Assembly (NCBI RefSeq): GCF_009914755.1
Contig: NC_060947.1
Strand: one strand, 5' to 3'
DNA: 64,000 bases
Source of the DNA: the human T2T-CHM13v2.0 reference genome, Homo sapiens
Part shown: piece after piece, positions 29,226 to 45,642 of the stretch
Numbering within the stretch: the first letter of the stretch is position 1
Layout: each line of letters opens with the position of its first letter
The notes under the pieces: model-generated
Told to the model about the DNA's origin: nothing
Seen by the model: the letters and a program-made list of their open reading frames with translations, nothing else
Database searches by the model: none
Program-made: the position numbers and the translations under genes

Positions 29226-30316
29226 TATACAATATTTGTAAAAAGTATAAGAATAATAGCACAAAACAGAAACAAAACTTCATAGGAGGGTTATTTTATA
29301 ACATCAGAATTAAGCTAATATAAAACTGCTCAATATGCAAAAATTAAAATTAATATGGTAACTCTAGAGCAACCACTAAAAAATAAGTTTTAAAACATAT
29401 AGTGAGAAATAATTATTAAAGAAATGAACATGTTACACTAGAATATATTTACTTAAAGCCAAAGGAAACAGAAGAAAAGTTGAGAAAAAGACATGAGAGA
29501 TTTAGAAAACAAAGTGGGATACAGCAAAACTAGTTCTCAAAGGAAAAATTACATAAGCAAATATCTACCTCAGGAAAAGAAATCAAGCCAATAACCTAAA
29601 TTTCCACCCTAAGACACTAGAACAAGAACAGAAAACGAATCTCAAAATAACAAGAAGAAAGAAACCAATATAGATTAGAGCACAAGTTAATAAAATAGAG
29701 AATAGAAAAGCAAAAGTGAAAATTTGTGAAATCAAAAGTTGATTCATCAAAAAGATTAACAAAATTGGCAATCATTAGCTAGAGTTCCCCCCCAAAAACC
29801 CCCAAAACACAAAATAAAACAAAAGATAAGATTCAAATTATAAAAATTATAAATTAAATAACTAGCATATCATTAACTTTGCAAAAATATAATGAATTAT
29901 AAGGGAATACTATTATCTATATACTAGCATGCTATATAACTTAAATAAAATTCTCAAATTCTGAAAAGGTGCAAGTATCAAAACTGACTCAAGAAGCAAT
30001 TGACAATCATGAAGAGACTTGAAAAAAGTAAGGAGATTGAATTAGTGATTAGAAAACCTTCCCCACACAAAAAAGCCCAGAACCAGATGGATTCACTAAA
30101 AAGTTATATCAAATATTTGAAGAATTAATATTGATCTTCACAAACTCTTCCATAATATAGAAAGGGAAGAACACCACTCAACTTACCCAATGAGACCAAT
30201 CTTACCTACATCCTAAATCTTGACAAATACATGACAAGAATAGCTAATTTAGGACTAACATATTTTATGAATATAGACACAAAAATCAAGAAATCTTCAA
30301 AAAATACTAGCAAACT

Positions 30317-30381
30317 TGCTATGCAGGAGACCAGAGTTCAATTCCTGATGGGGAGGCAAAAAAAATAAAAATTAAAAAACT
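30317..30381 (+). pseudogene. 5'-truncated tRNA-Asp(GUC)-derived retrocopy with A-tail
   Basis: tatgcaggagaccagagttcaattcctgatggggag matches tRNA-Asp cacgcgggagaccggggttcgattccccgacggggag, mostly through CpG-type transitions; followed by gca (CCA-like), an A-tail and possible short TSD aaact. Confidence 0.75.
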
Positions 30382-32783
30382 AAATACAGCAATTTATTTA
30401 AAAGATTATACACCATTGCCAAATGAGGTAGATCCCAGGAAGGTAAGATTGGCCTAACATACAAAAATCAATTAATGTAATACACTACAACAGTAGAATA
30501 AAGAATACAACCACATGACCATCTCAATAGATGCAGAAAAATACTTGACCAAAACCAATACCTCTGCATAATTTGTATTTCTTAAAAAACCTTAAACTGT
30601 GAATAGAAATATAATTTCTCAACTTGGTAAAGTGTATCTATGAAAAATTCATAGATGACAAATTTAACTCACATGCAAAAGACTGAAGAATATCAGGAAT
30701 AAGACAAAAATGCCTTCTATTGTCACTTCTATTCAACATTGTGCTAGACGTTCTAGCTAAGGCAATAAGACAAGAAAATATTTGTATTTCTATTTGCAGA
30801 AGACATAATCTTGTATATAGAAAACCAGCTTCTCTATTAAAAAATTATTTTGTACGGGACAGAACAAGATGGCCAAATAGAAGCATCTGCCAATCATCCT
30901 CCCCACAGAAACACCAAAGTTAACAAGTATCTACACCAAAAAAGGCACCGCTATTAGAACCAAAAATCAGGTGAGCAATCTGTACCTGATTTTAACTTCA
31001 TATCACTGAAAGAGGCACAAAGAAGGGTAGGAAAGTCAATCTTGAATTACCATCACCACTCCTTCCCCACTCCGCATTAGCTGTGTGGCTCAGAGAGAGA
31101 ATCTGTGCACATGAGGGAAGGAGAGCACACTAATTGCAACAATTTGCATTGGAATGCAGTGCTATCCTGTTGCAGTGAAAAGAAACACCAGTCAGAACTC
31201 AGCCAGTGCCCACAGAGGGAGCATTTATAGGAGCCCTAGCCAGGGGAAAATGGCCTATCTCAGCAGTCAGAGCTTAAGTTTCTGCAAGCCTAGCCACTGC
31301 ATGCTAAAGCAGTTCGGGTCCTAAATAAACCTGAAATTCAGTCTAGGCCACAAAGACTGCAATTCCTAGGCAAGTCCTAGTGCTGTGCTGATCTCAGAGC
31401 CAGTGAACTTAAGGGGGCACATGACCTGTCAGGGCATTTCTGCTAAAGGAGAGGGAATGATTTAAAATAATTTATAAATATTACAAATAATGTTTTTTTT
31501 TTTTTTAAAAAAAAAACTTGTCTTGCAACTTGGATACCAGCTCAGCCACAGTAAAATTTGGCACCAGGAAGAGTTGGGAGATCTTCATTTTATGCACTGG
31601 CTCCTGGATGACATTTCTAGACATATCCTAGGCCAGAAGGAAATCAACTGAGAAAGGACCAAGTCTTGGCAACATTCATTACTTGCTAATAAAAGAGTCC
31701 TTTTTAGCTGAATAATCAACAGTGAGGTCCAGGTAATATAATTCATGTGTCTTGGTTGAGGCTCTGAGATGTGCTTCCTTCATGTGTGACTCAGCACATT
31801 CCCAGTAATGGTGGCTATGGGGAGAGACATCTTGTGCTTGAGAAAAACAAAGAGAAAAGTAAAGGAGATTCTGTCTTGAAGCTTAGGTAACATCTTGGAC
31901 ACAATGCGGTAAAGCATCAAGCAGGCTCTTGGGGTTCCCAGTTCCAGGCCTTGGTTCTTGGGAAGCATTTCTGAACTTGCCCTAGGCCATAGGGGAGCTC
32001 ATTGCTCTGAAGGTCGTGTTCCAGACCTGGAAGCATTCACCACAAGCTGACTGAACAGGTCTTGGGCCTTAAGTGAACATTTGTGGTAGCCCAGGATTAC
32101 TTCCCATGAGCCTGGAGTGGTGGTGGCTATGGAAAGAGACTCCTGTGCCTGTAGAAAGGAAAATAGAGAGTGGAAAGGACTTCATCCTGGGGTTTACCTG
32201 TCAGGTCAGCCACAATAGACTAGAGAACCAAGTAAATTTCTAAAATTTCTGACTCTAGGCCATGGCTCCTAGACAGAAACTTTGGACCCACCCAGGACCC
32301 AGGAGAACTTGCTGCTCTGAAGGGAAGGACACATGCCTGGCTAGCATTGGCACCTACTGATTATAGAGCCATAGTGCAAACATAAGCTGTAGCCAGGTAG
32401 TGGTCAAAGGAGACCTTGAGCGAGACCAAGTGCTACGCTGGGTTCAGATTTGACCCAGATAGTCCCAGTAATGGTAGCCATAGGATTGCTTGTGTCAGTC
32501 TATCCCTAGCTCCAGGCAGCTCATCACAGAGAGAGAGAGACTTCATTTATTTGAAAAAAAAGTATGGGAAGAGAGTAAGGGTCTCTGCCTGGAAACCAAG
32601 AAAATTCTTCTGGATCTTATCCAAGTCCTGGAATGTAATATCTCAATGAGTCTGCAAGACCCACAGCACTACTGAACTTGGGGTACTCCATGATGCAGAT
32701 ACATCTGTAGGGACTAAAAACTTAGATCACAAAACTCAGGTCCTTCTGAATACCTGGAAAGCCTTCTTAAAAACGATGGTATA

Positions 32784-33141
32784 CTTAGGATTATCTTGGC
32801 TATATGGGCTATTTTATGGTTCCATATGAAATTTAAAGTAGTTTTTTCTAGTTCTGTGAAGAAAGTCAATGGTAGCTTCATGGTGATAACATTGAATCTA
32901 TAAATTATCTTGGGCAGTATGGCCATTTTCACAATATTGTTTCTTCCTATCTGGAGGCACCATGCAACCTGACTTCAAACTATACTACAAGGCTACAGTA
33001 ACCAAAACAGCGTTGGTACTGGTACCAAAACAGATATATAAACCAATGGAACAGAACAGAGGCCTCAGAAATAATGACACACATCTACAACCATCTGATC
33101 TTTGACAACCCTGATAAAAACAAGCAATAGGGAAAGGATTC
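32784..33141. mobile_element. L1PA ORF2 pieces in twin-priming geometry (32784-32951 antisense, 32952-33141 sense)
   Basis: The antisense piece starts at the reverse complement of aatcctaag; the sense piece starts tggaggc, about 15 nt further along L1 (compare 37502-37531). Confidence 0.8.
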
Positions 33142-36100
33142 TGACAGTCCAGGAGATTCTGTCTTGTGCCTGGCTCGGTGGGTCTTATCCCCACAGAGCC
33201 CAACAAGCTAAGATCCAATGGCTTGAAATTCTAGCTGCTAGCACAGAAGTCTGAGGCCTACCTGGGATGCTCCAGCTTTGTGGGGGGAGGGGCATCCATC
33301 ATTGCTGAGGCTTAAGTAGGCGGTTTTACCCTCACAGTGTAAACTAAGCTGTCGGGAAGTTTGAACTGGGCGGAGCCCACCTCAGCTCCCTGAGACAGAG
33401 CACCTGGGAGAAGGGGCGGCTGTGGGCACAACTTCAGGAGACTTAAACATCCTTGCCTGACAGCTCTGAAGAGAACAGTGGTTCTCCTGGCACAGTGTTC
33501 GGGCACAGTGTTCGAGCACAGATAAGGGACAGACTACCTCCTCAAGTGGGTCCCTGAACCCTTGTGTATCCAGACAGGGAGACACGTCCCAGTAGGTGCT
33601 GACAGACACCTCATACAGGAGAGCTCTGGCTGGTATCTGGCATGTGCCCCTCTGGGATGAAGCTTCCAGAGGTAGGAACAGGAAGCAATCTTTGTTGTTC
33701 TGCAGCCTGCAGTGGTGAAACCCAGGCAAACAGGGTCTGGAGTGGACCTCCAGCAAACCAGCAGGCCAGCAGCAGAGGGGCCTGACTGTTAAAAAGAAAA
33801 CTAACGAATAGAAAGGAATAGTATCAACATCAACAATATCAAAGACCAAAGGTAAGTAAATCCGTGAAGATGGGGAGAAACCAGCACAAGAAGGCTGAAA
33901 ATTCCAAAAACCAGAATCCCTCTTCTCCAAAGGATCACAACTCCTCACCAGTAAGGGAACAAAACGGGACAGAGAATGAGTTTGATGAATTGACAGAAGT
34001 TGGCTTCAGTAGGTGGATAATAACAAACTCCTCTGAGCTAAAGAATCATGTTCTAACCCAATGCAAGGAAGCTAAGAACAATGAAAAGAGGTTAGACGAA
34101 TTGATAACTAGAATAACCAGCTTAGAGAAGAACATAAATGACCTGATGGAGCTGAAAATCACAGCACGAGAACTTCATGAAGCATGCACAATATCAATAG
34201 CTGAACTGATTAAGCGGAAGAAAGGATATTGGAGATTTAAGATTAACTCAATGAAATGAAGCAAGAAGACAAGATTAGAGAAAAAAGGAGTGAAAAGAAA
34301 CAAAAAAACCCTCCAAGAAATATAGGACTATGTGAAGAGACCAAATCTATGTTCGATTGGCATACCTGAAAGTGACGGTGAGAATGGAAACAAGTTGGAA
34401 AACACTCTTCAGGGTATTATCCAGGAGAACTTCCCCAACCTAGCAGGGCAGGCCAACATTCAAATTCAGGAAATACAGAGAACACCGCAAAGATATTCCT
34501 CAAGATGCGCAACCCCAGGACACATAATCATCGGATTCACCAAGGTTGAAATGAAGGCAAAAATGTTAAGCGCAGCCAGAGAGAAAGGTCGGGTTACCCA
34601 CAAATGGTAACCCATCAACCTAACAACAGATCTGTCTGGAGAAACCCTACAAGCCAGAAGAAAGTGGGGGCCAATATTCAACATCCTTAAAGGAAATAAT
34701 TTTCAACCCAGAATTTTGTATTCAGCCAAACTAAGTTTCATAAGCAAAGGAGAAATAAAATCCTTTACATACAAGCAAATGCTGAGAGATTTTGTAACCA
34801 CCAGGTCTGCCTTACAAGAGCTCCTCATGGGAACATTAAACATGGAAAGGAACCACCAGCACTAGCCACAGCCAAAAATTCCAAATCGTACCATCGAGGC
34901 TATGAAGAAACTACATCAACTAACAGGCAAAATAACCAGCTAGCATCATAATGACAGGATCAGATACACACATAACAATATTTACCTTAAACGTAAATGA
35001 GCTAAATGTCCCAATTAAAAGACACAGACTGGCAAATTGGATAAAGAGTCAAAACCATTTGATGTGCTGTATTCAGCAGACCCATCTCATGTACAAACAC
35101 ACACATAGGCTCAAAATAAAGGGATGGAGGAAGACTTACCAAGCAAATGGAAAGCAAAAGGCAGGGGTTGCAATCCTAGTCTCTCATAAAACAAACTTTA
35201 AACCAACAAAGATCAAAAGAGAAAATGAAGGGGAATACATAATGGTAAAAAGATCAATGCAACAAGAAGAGCTAACTATCCTAAATATGAATGCACCCAA
35301 TACAGGAGCACCCAGATTCATAAAGCAAGTTCTTAAAGACCTACAAGGAGACTTAGATTCCCACACAATAATAGTGGTAGACTTTAACACCCCACTGTCA
35401 ATATTAGACTGTTCTATGAGACAGAAAATTAACAAGGATATCCAGGGCTTGAACTCAGCTTGGAACCAAGCGGACCTAATAGACATCTACAGAACTCTCC
35501 ACCCCAAATCAATAGAATATACATTCTTCTCAGCAATGCATCAGACTTGTTCTAAAATTGACCGCATAATTGGAAGTAAAACACTCCTCAGCAAATGCAA
35601 AATAATGGAAATCATAACAAACAGGCTCTCAGACCACAGTGCAATAAAATTAGAACTCAGGATTAAGAAACTCACTCAAAACCGCACTACTACATGGAAA
35701 CTGAACAACCTGCTCCTGAATGACTACTGGGTAAATAATGAAATGAAGGCAGAAATAAAGATGTTCTTTGAAACCAATGAGAACAAACACACAACATACC
35801 ACAAGAAAAAGCAGGAATGCTCTAAAGAGAAAGCAGGAAAGATCTAACATCAACATCCTAACATCAAAATTAAAAGAAATAGAGAAGCCAAAAGCTAGCA
35901 TAAGAAAAGAAATAACTAAGATCAGGGCAGAACCGAAGGTAATAGAGACACGAAAAACCCTTCAAAAAATCAGTGAATCCAGGAACTGTTTTTTTTTTAA
36001 AGATCAACAAAATAGATGAACTTCTAGACAGACTAATAAAGAAGAAAAGAGAGAAGAATCAAATAGATGCAATAAAAAATGATAAAGGGGATATCACCAC

Positions 36101-36462
36101 CAATCCCACAGAAATAGAAACTACCTTCAGAGAATACTATAAACACCACTATGAAAATAAACTAGAAAATCTAGAAGAAATGGATAAATTCCTGGACACG
36201 TACACCCTCTGAAGACTAAACCAGGAAGAAGTGAAATTCCTGAATAGGCCAAAAACACGTTCTGAAATTGAGGCAGTAATTAATAGCCTACCAACCCAAA
36301 AAAAAGCCCAGCATGTGAGGGGTTCACAGCCAAATTCTATCGGAGGTACAAAGAGGAGCTGGTACCGTTCTTTCTGAAGGTATTTCAAACAGTAGAAAAA
36401 GAAGGACTCTCCAAAACTCATTTTATGAGGCTGGAATCATCCTGAAACCAAAACCTGGCAGA

Positions 36463-36498
<36 letters not shown>

Positions 36499-38972
36499 CA
36501 GTTTTAGGCCAAAATCCCTGATGAACATCAGTGCAGAAATCCTCAATAAAATACTGGCAAACCTAAACCAGCAGCACATCAAAAAGCTTATCCACCATGA
36601 TCAAGTCAGCTTCATCCCTGGGATGCAAGGCTGGTTCAACATGCACAAGTCAATAAATGTAATCCATCAAGTAAACAGAACCAATGACAAAAAAACACAT
36701 GATTATCTCAATTATGCAGAAAAAGCCTTTGATAAAATTCACCACTTCTTCATGCTAAAAGCTCTTAATAAACTGGGTATTGATGGGACATACTTCAAAA
36801 TAATAAGAGCTATTTATGCTATTTATGACAAACCCATAGCCAACATTACACTGAATGGGCAAAAGCTGAAACTATTCTCTTTAGAAACCAGCACAAGATA
36901 AGGATCCCCTCTCTCACTGCTCCTATTCAACATAGTATTGGAAGTTCTGACCAGGGCAATCTGGCAAGAGAAAGAAATAAAGGGTATTCAAACAGGAAAA
37001 GAGGAAGTCAAATTGTCTCTGTTTGCAGATGACATGCTTGTATATTTAGGAAACCCCATCATCTGAGCCCGAAATATCCTTAAGCTGATAAACAACTTCA
37101 GCAAAGCCTCAGGATACAAAATCAACATGCAAAAATTACAGGCATTCCTATAGACGAATAATAGACAAACAGAGAGCCAAGTCAGGAGTGAATTCCCATT
37201 CACAATTGCTACAAAGATAATAAAATACTTAGGAATACAATATACAAGAAATGTGAAGGACCTCTTCAAGGAGAACTACAAACCACTGCTCAAGGAAATA
37301 AGAGAGGACACAGACAAATAGAAAAACATTCCATACTCATGGATAGGAAGAATCAACATCGTGAAAATGGCCATACTGCCCAAGGTAATTTATAGATTCA
37401 ACGCTATCTCCATCAATCTGCAATTGACTTTCTTCACAGAATTGGAAAAAAAAGACTTTAAATTTCATATTGAACCAAAAAAGAGCCCACATAGCCAAGA
37501 CAATCCTAAGCAAAAAGAACAAAGCTGGAGGCATGATGCTATCTGACTTCAAGCTATACTACAAGGCTACAGTAATAAAAACAGCATGGTACTGGTACCA
37601 AAATAGATATATAGACTAATGGAACAGAATAGAGGCCTCAGAAATAACACCACACATCTACAACCACCTGATCTTTGACAAACCTGACAAAAATAAGCAA
37701 TGGGGCAAGGATTCCCTATTTAATAAATGGTGCTGGGAAAACTGGCTAGCCATATGCAGAAAGCTGATACTGGATCCCTTCCTTACACCTTATACAAAAA
37801 TTAACTCAAGATGGATTAAATACTTAAATGTGAGACCTAAAAAGCATAAAAACTCTGGGGGAAAACCTAGGCAATACCATTCAGGACATAGGCATGGGCA
37901 AAGACTTCATGACTAAAACACCAAAAATAATAACAACAAAAGCCAAAATAGACAAATGGGATCTAATTAAACTAAAGAGCACTGCACGGTAAAAGAAACT
38001 ATAATCAATGTGAACAGGCAACTTACAAAATGGGAGAAAATTTTTGCAATCTATCCATCTGGCAAAGGGCTAACATGCAGACTCTATAAAGAACTTAAAC
38101 AAATTTACATGAAAAAAACAAACAATCCCATCAAAAAGTGGGCAAAGTATATGAACAGACACTTCTCAAAAGAAGATTTTTATGCAGCCAACAAACATAT
38201 GAAAAGATGCTCATCATCACTGGTCATTAGAGAAATGAAAATTAAAACCACAATGAGATACCATCTCACACCAGTTAGAATGGTGATCATTAAAAAGTCA
38301 GGAAACAACAGATGCTGGAGAGGATGTGGAGAAATAGGAATGCTTTTACACTGTTGGTGGGAGTGTAAATTAGTTCAACCATTGTGGAAGAGAGTGTGGC
38401 AATTCCTCAAGGATCTAGAACAAGAAATACCATTTGACCCAGCAATCTCATTACTGGGTATATACCCAAAGGATTATAAATCATCCTACTATAAAGACAC
38501 ATGCACACGTATGTTTATTGTGGCACTATTCATAACAGCAAAGACTTGGAACCAACCCAAAAGTCCATCAATGATAGGCTGGAGAAAGAAGTTGTGGCAC
38601 ATATATACCATGGGATACAATGCAGCCATAAAAAATAATGATTTCATGTCCTTTGCAGGGACACGGATGAAGCTGGAAACCATCATTCTCAGCAAAGTAA
38701 CACAAGAAGAGAAAACTAAAGACTGCCTGTTCTCACTCATAAGTGAGATTTGAACAATGAAAACACATGGACACAGTGAGGGGAACATCACACATCTGGT
38801 CCTGTCAGGGAGTGGCAGGATGTAGGAGGGATAGCATCAGGAGAAACACCTAATGTAGATGATGGATAGATGGGTGTAGCAAACCACCATGGCACATGTA
38901 TACCTATGTAGCAAACCTGCAGGGTCTGCACATGTACCCCAGGACTTAAATTATAATAATAAAAAAGAAAAA
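33142..38972 (+). mobile_element. Near-full-length inactivated L1PA (about L1PA7) lacking the first part of the 5'UTR
   Basis: 5'UTR remainder, ORF1 fragments (33864-34610), ORF2 fragments (34951-35847 EN, 36521-36901, 38010-38753), 3'UTR and A-tail; (CA)n at ~36463-36494. Confidence 0.93.
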
Positions 38973-40594
38973 ATATATCAATGAAAATGAATTATGGTCT
39001 TAAATCTAGGTCATCAAACTATGAATCCACCAAAATAAAACTTTGGGAAAACTCTGCAGGATATTGGACTGAGCAAAGATTTCTTGAGTAATATTCCAGA
39101 AGCACAGACAACCAAAGGAACGTGGACAGATAGAATCACATCAAGTTAAAAAGCTTCAACACAACAAAGAATACAATCAATAAAATGAAGGGACAACCCA
39201 CAGAATGGGAGAAAATATTTGCAAACTACCCATCTGAGAAGGGATTGATAAGCAGAATATAAAAGAAGTTCAAACAACTCTATAGGAGAAAACAAACTAA
39301 CAATCTAATTAAAATGGGCAAAAGATCAGAATAGACATTTCTCAAAAGAAGACATACGAATGGCAAATAGATATATAAAAACATATTCAACATTATTGAT
39401 CATCAGAGAAATGCAAATCAAAACTACAACAAGATATCATCTCACCCCAGTTAAAACGACTTTTATCCAAAATATAGGCAGTAACTAATCCTGACAAGGA
39501 TGTGATGAAAGAAAATCCTTGAACTCTGTTGGTGGAAATGTAAATTAGTACAATCATTATGGAGAACAGTTTGGAGATTTCTCAAGGAACTAAAAAATAG
39601 AGGTGCCATATGATCCAGCAATCCCACTTTTATGTATATACCCAAAAGAAAGAAAATTAGTGTATCAAAATGATATCTGGATGCTCATGTTTACGGCAGT
39701 ACTATTCACAATATTCAAGATTTGGAAGCAACCTAAATGTCTATCAACAAATGGATCAATAAAGAAAATGTGGTACATATAAACAATGGAGTACTCTTCA
39801 GTCATAAAAAATAATAAAATCCAGCCGCTTGCATCCACATTGATGTAATTGGAGGTCAACTTTTTAAGTGAAATAAACTAAACACAGAAAGGACAAACCA
39901 CATAAACTCACTTATTTGTGGGAACTCAATATTAAAACAATTGAACCTATGGAGATAGAGCAAGAATGATGGTTACCAGAGGCTAAGAAGGGTAATGGGA
40001 GATATTGAAAAATGGAGATGGTTAATAGGTACAAAAAAAGTAGGATGAATGAGTAAGATCTTGTATTTGATAGCACAACAGGGTGACTATACTCAATAAT
40101 CATTTAATGGTACTTTTTAAATTTTTATTTTATTTCAATAGATTTTGGGGTTCAGTGGCTTTTGGTAACATGGATAAGTCCTTTAGTGATAATTCTGAGA
40201 CTTTGGTGCATCCATCACCTGAGCAGTGTACACTGTACCCAATATGTAGTATTTTATCCATCACTCTCTCTCCTACCCTTCTCCGCAAGTACCCAAAGTC
40301 CATTTTATTTTTCTCATGCCTATGCAGTCTCACAGCTTAGCTCCCACTTACAAGTGAGAACATACAATATTTGTTTTTCCATTCCTGAGTAACTTACTAA
40401 GAATAATGGCCTTCAACTCTATCCAAGTTGCTGAAAAGGCCATTATTTCATTCTGTTTTATGGCTGAGCAGTATTCTCTGGTGTATATATACCACATTTT
40501 CTTTATCCACTCAATGGTTGATGGGCATTTAAGTTGGTTCTATATTTCTGCAATTGTGAATAGTGCTGCTATAAATATGCATGTGCTTGTGGAT

Positions 40595-40738
40595 TTTTCT
40601 TTTCTTTTTTAAAAATTTATTTTAATTTTAATTTCTGAGATACAAGTGCAGGATGTGCAGGTTTTTTACATAGGTAAATGTGTGCAATGGTGGTTTGCTG
40701 CACCTATGAACCTATCACCCATGTATTAAGCCTGCATG
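40595..40738 (-). mobile_element. Short L1PA 3'-end insertion
   Basis: T-tail followed by gatacaagtgcaggatgtgcagg...tggtggtttgctgcacc...gtattaagcc inside the L1PB. Confidence 0.75.
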
Positions 40739-42174
40739 CGGCTTTTACATAAAATGACTTCTTTTCTTTGGGTAGATACCCAGTAGTGGGATTGCAGAAT
40801 AGTAGTTCTGCTTTTAGCCCTCTAAGAAACCTCCATACTATTTTCCATAGTGGCTGTACTATTTTACATTTCCACTAGCAGTGTAAAAGTGTTCCATTTA
40901 CACCACACCAGTATTTATTATTTTTTATTTTTAAATTATGGCCATTCTTTCGGGAGAAATGGGGTGATTTATTGTGGTTTTAATTTGAATTTCCCTGATA
41001 ATTAGTAATATTGAACATTTTTCCTATATTTGTTGCATTTATATCTTAAGAATTGTCTGTACATATTTTTGCCCAATTTTGATGGAATCATTTGTTGTTT
41101 TTTTCTTGTTGATTTGAGTTCTTTGTAGATTATCAATACTAGTCCTTTGTCAGTTGTGTAGTTTGCAAAGATTTTTTTTTTCCATTCTGTGGGTTGTCTG
41201 TTTACTCTGATGATTATTTATTTTGATGTGCAGAAGCTTTGTAGTGAATTAGGTCTGCTTTAATTATTATTGTTTTTGTTGCATTTGCTTTTGGGATCTT
41301 AGTCATGAATTCTTTGCCTAAGCCAATGTCTACAAGAGTTTTTCCAATGTTATCTTCTAGAGTTTTTATGATTTCTGGTCTTAGATTTAAGTCTTTTATC
41401 CATTTTTAGTTATTTTTTATAAGGCAAAAGATGAAGATCCAGTTTTATTATTTTACATGTGGCTTACCAATTTTACCGACAAAATTTATTGAATAGGGTG
41501 TCACTTCTCCACTTCAAGTTTTTGTTTGCTTTCTCAAAAACAGTTGGCTGTAAGTATTTGCCTTTATTTCTAGTCTTACTATTCTATTCCATTGGTATAT
41601 GTGCCTATTTTATACCAATACTGTGCTATTATGATGACTATAGACTTGTTGTATAGTTTGAAGTCAGGTAATGTGATACCTCCAGATTTGTTCTTTTTGC
41701 TTAGTATTGCTTTGGCTATGTGGGCTCTTTTTTGGTTCCATATGAATTTTAGGATTTTTTTTCTAGTTCTGTGAAGAATAATAATGGTATGTTCATGGGA
41801 ATTTTATTCAATTTCTAGTTTGCTCTTGGCAGTATGGTCATTTTCACAATATTGACTTTACCCTTTCATGAGCATGGGAAGTGTTTCTGTTTGTTTGTGT
41901 CATCTATAATTTCTTTCAGCAGTGTTTTGTAGTGCTCCTTGTAGAGATTTTTCACCTCCTTTGTTAGGTATATTCCAAAGTATTTTAAATTTTTGCCACT
42001 GTCGTAAAAGGAATTGAGTACTTGATCTGATTCTCAGCTTGATTGTTGCTTGTGTATACCAGTGCTACTAATTAGTGGGCATTCAATTTGTATCCTGGCA
42101 CTTTACTGAATTCATTTATCAGATCTAAACACTTTTGGATGCATCTTAAAGTTTTCTTAGTGTACGATTATTTC

Positions 42175-45642
<3,468 letters not shown>

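Noticed and set aside
33489-33521. 13-bp tandem repeat ggcacagtgttcg in the L1 5'UTR
   Set aside because: A small slippage duplication with no evidence of function.
34951-35847. 298-aa open L1 endonuclease ORF as a possibly domesticated nuclease
   Set aside because: Catalytic-region residues are altered (CIQQTH instead of CIQETH; LNMNAPN instead of LNIYAPN) and the frame ends after a deletion; an ORF of this length is expected by chance in an L1PA of this age.
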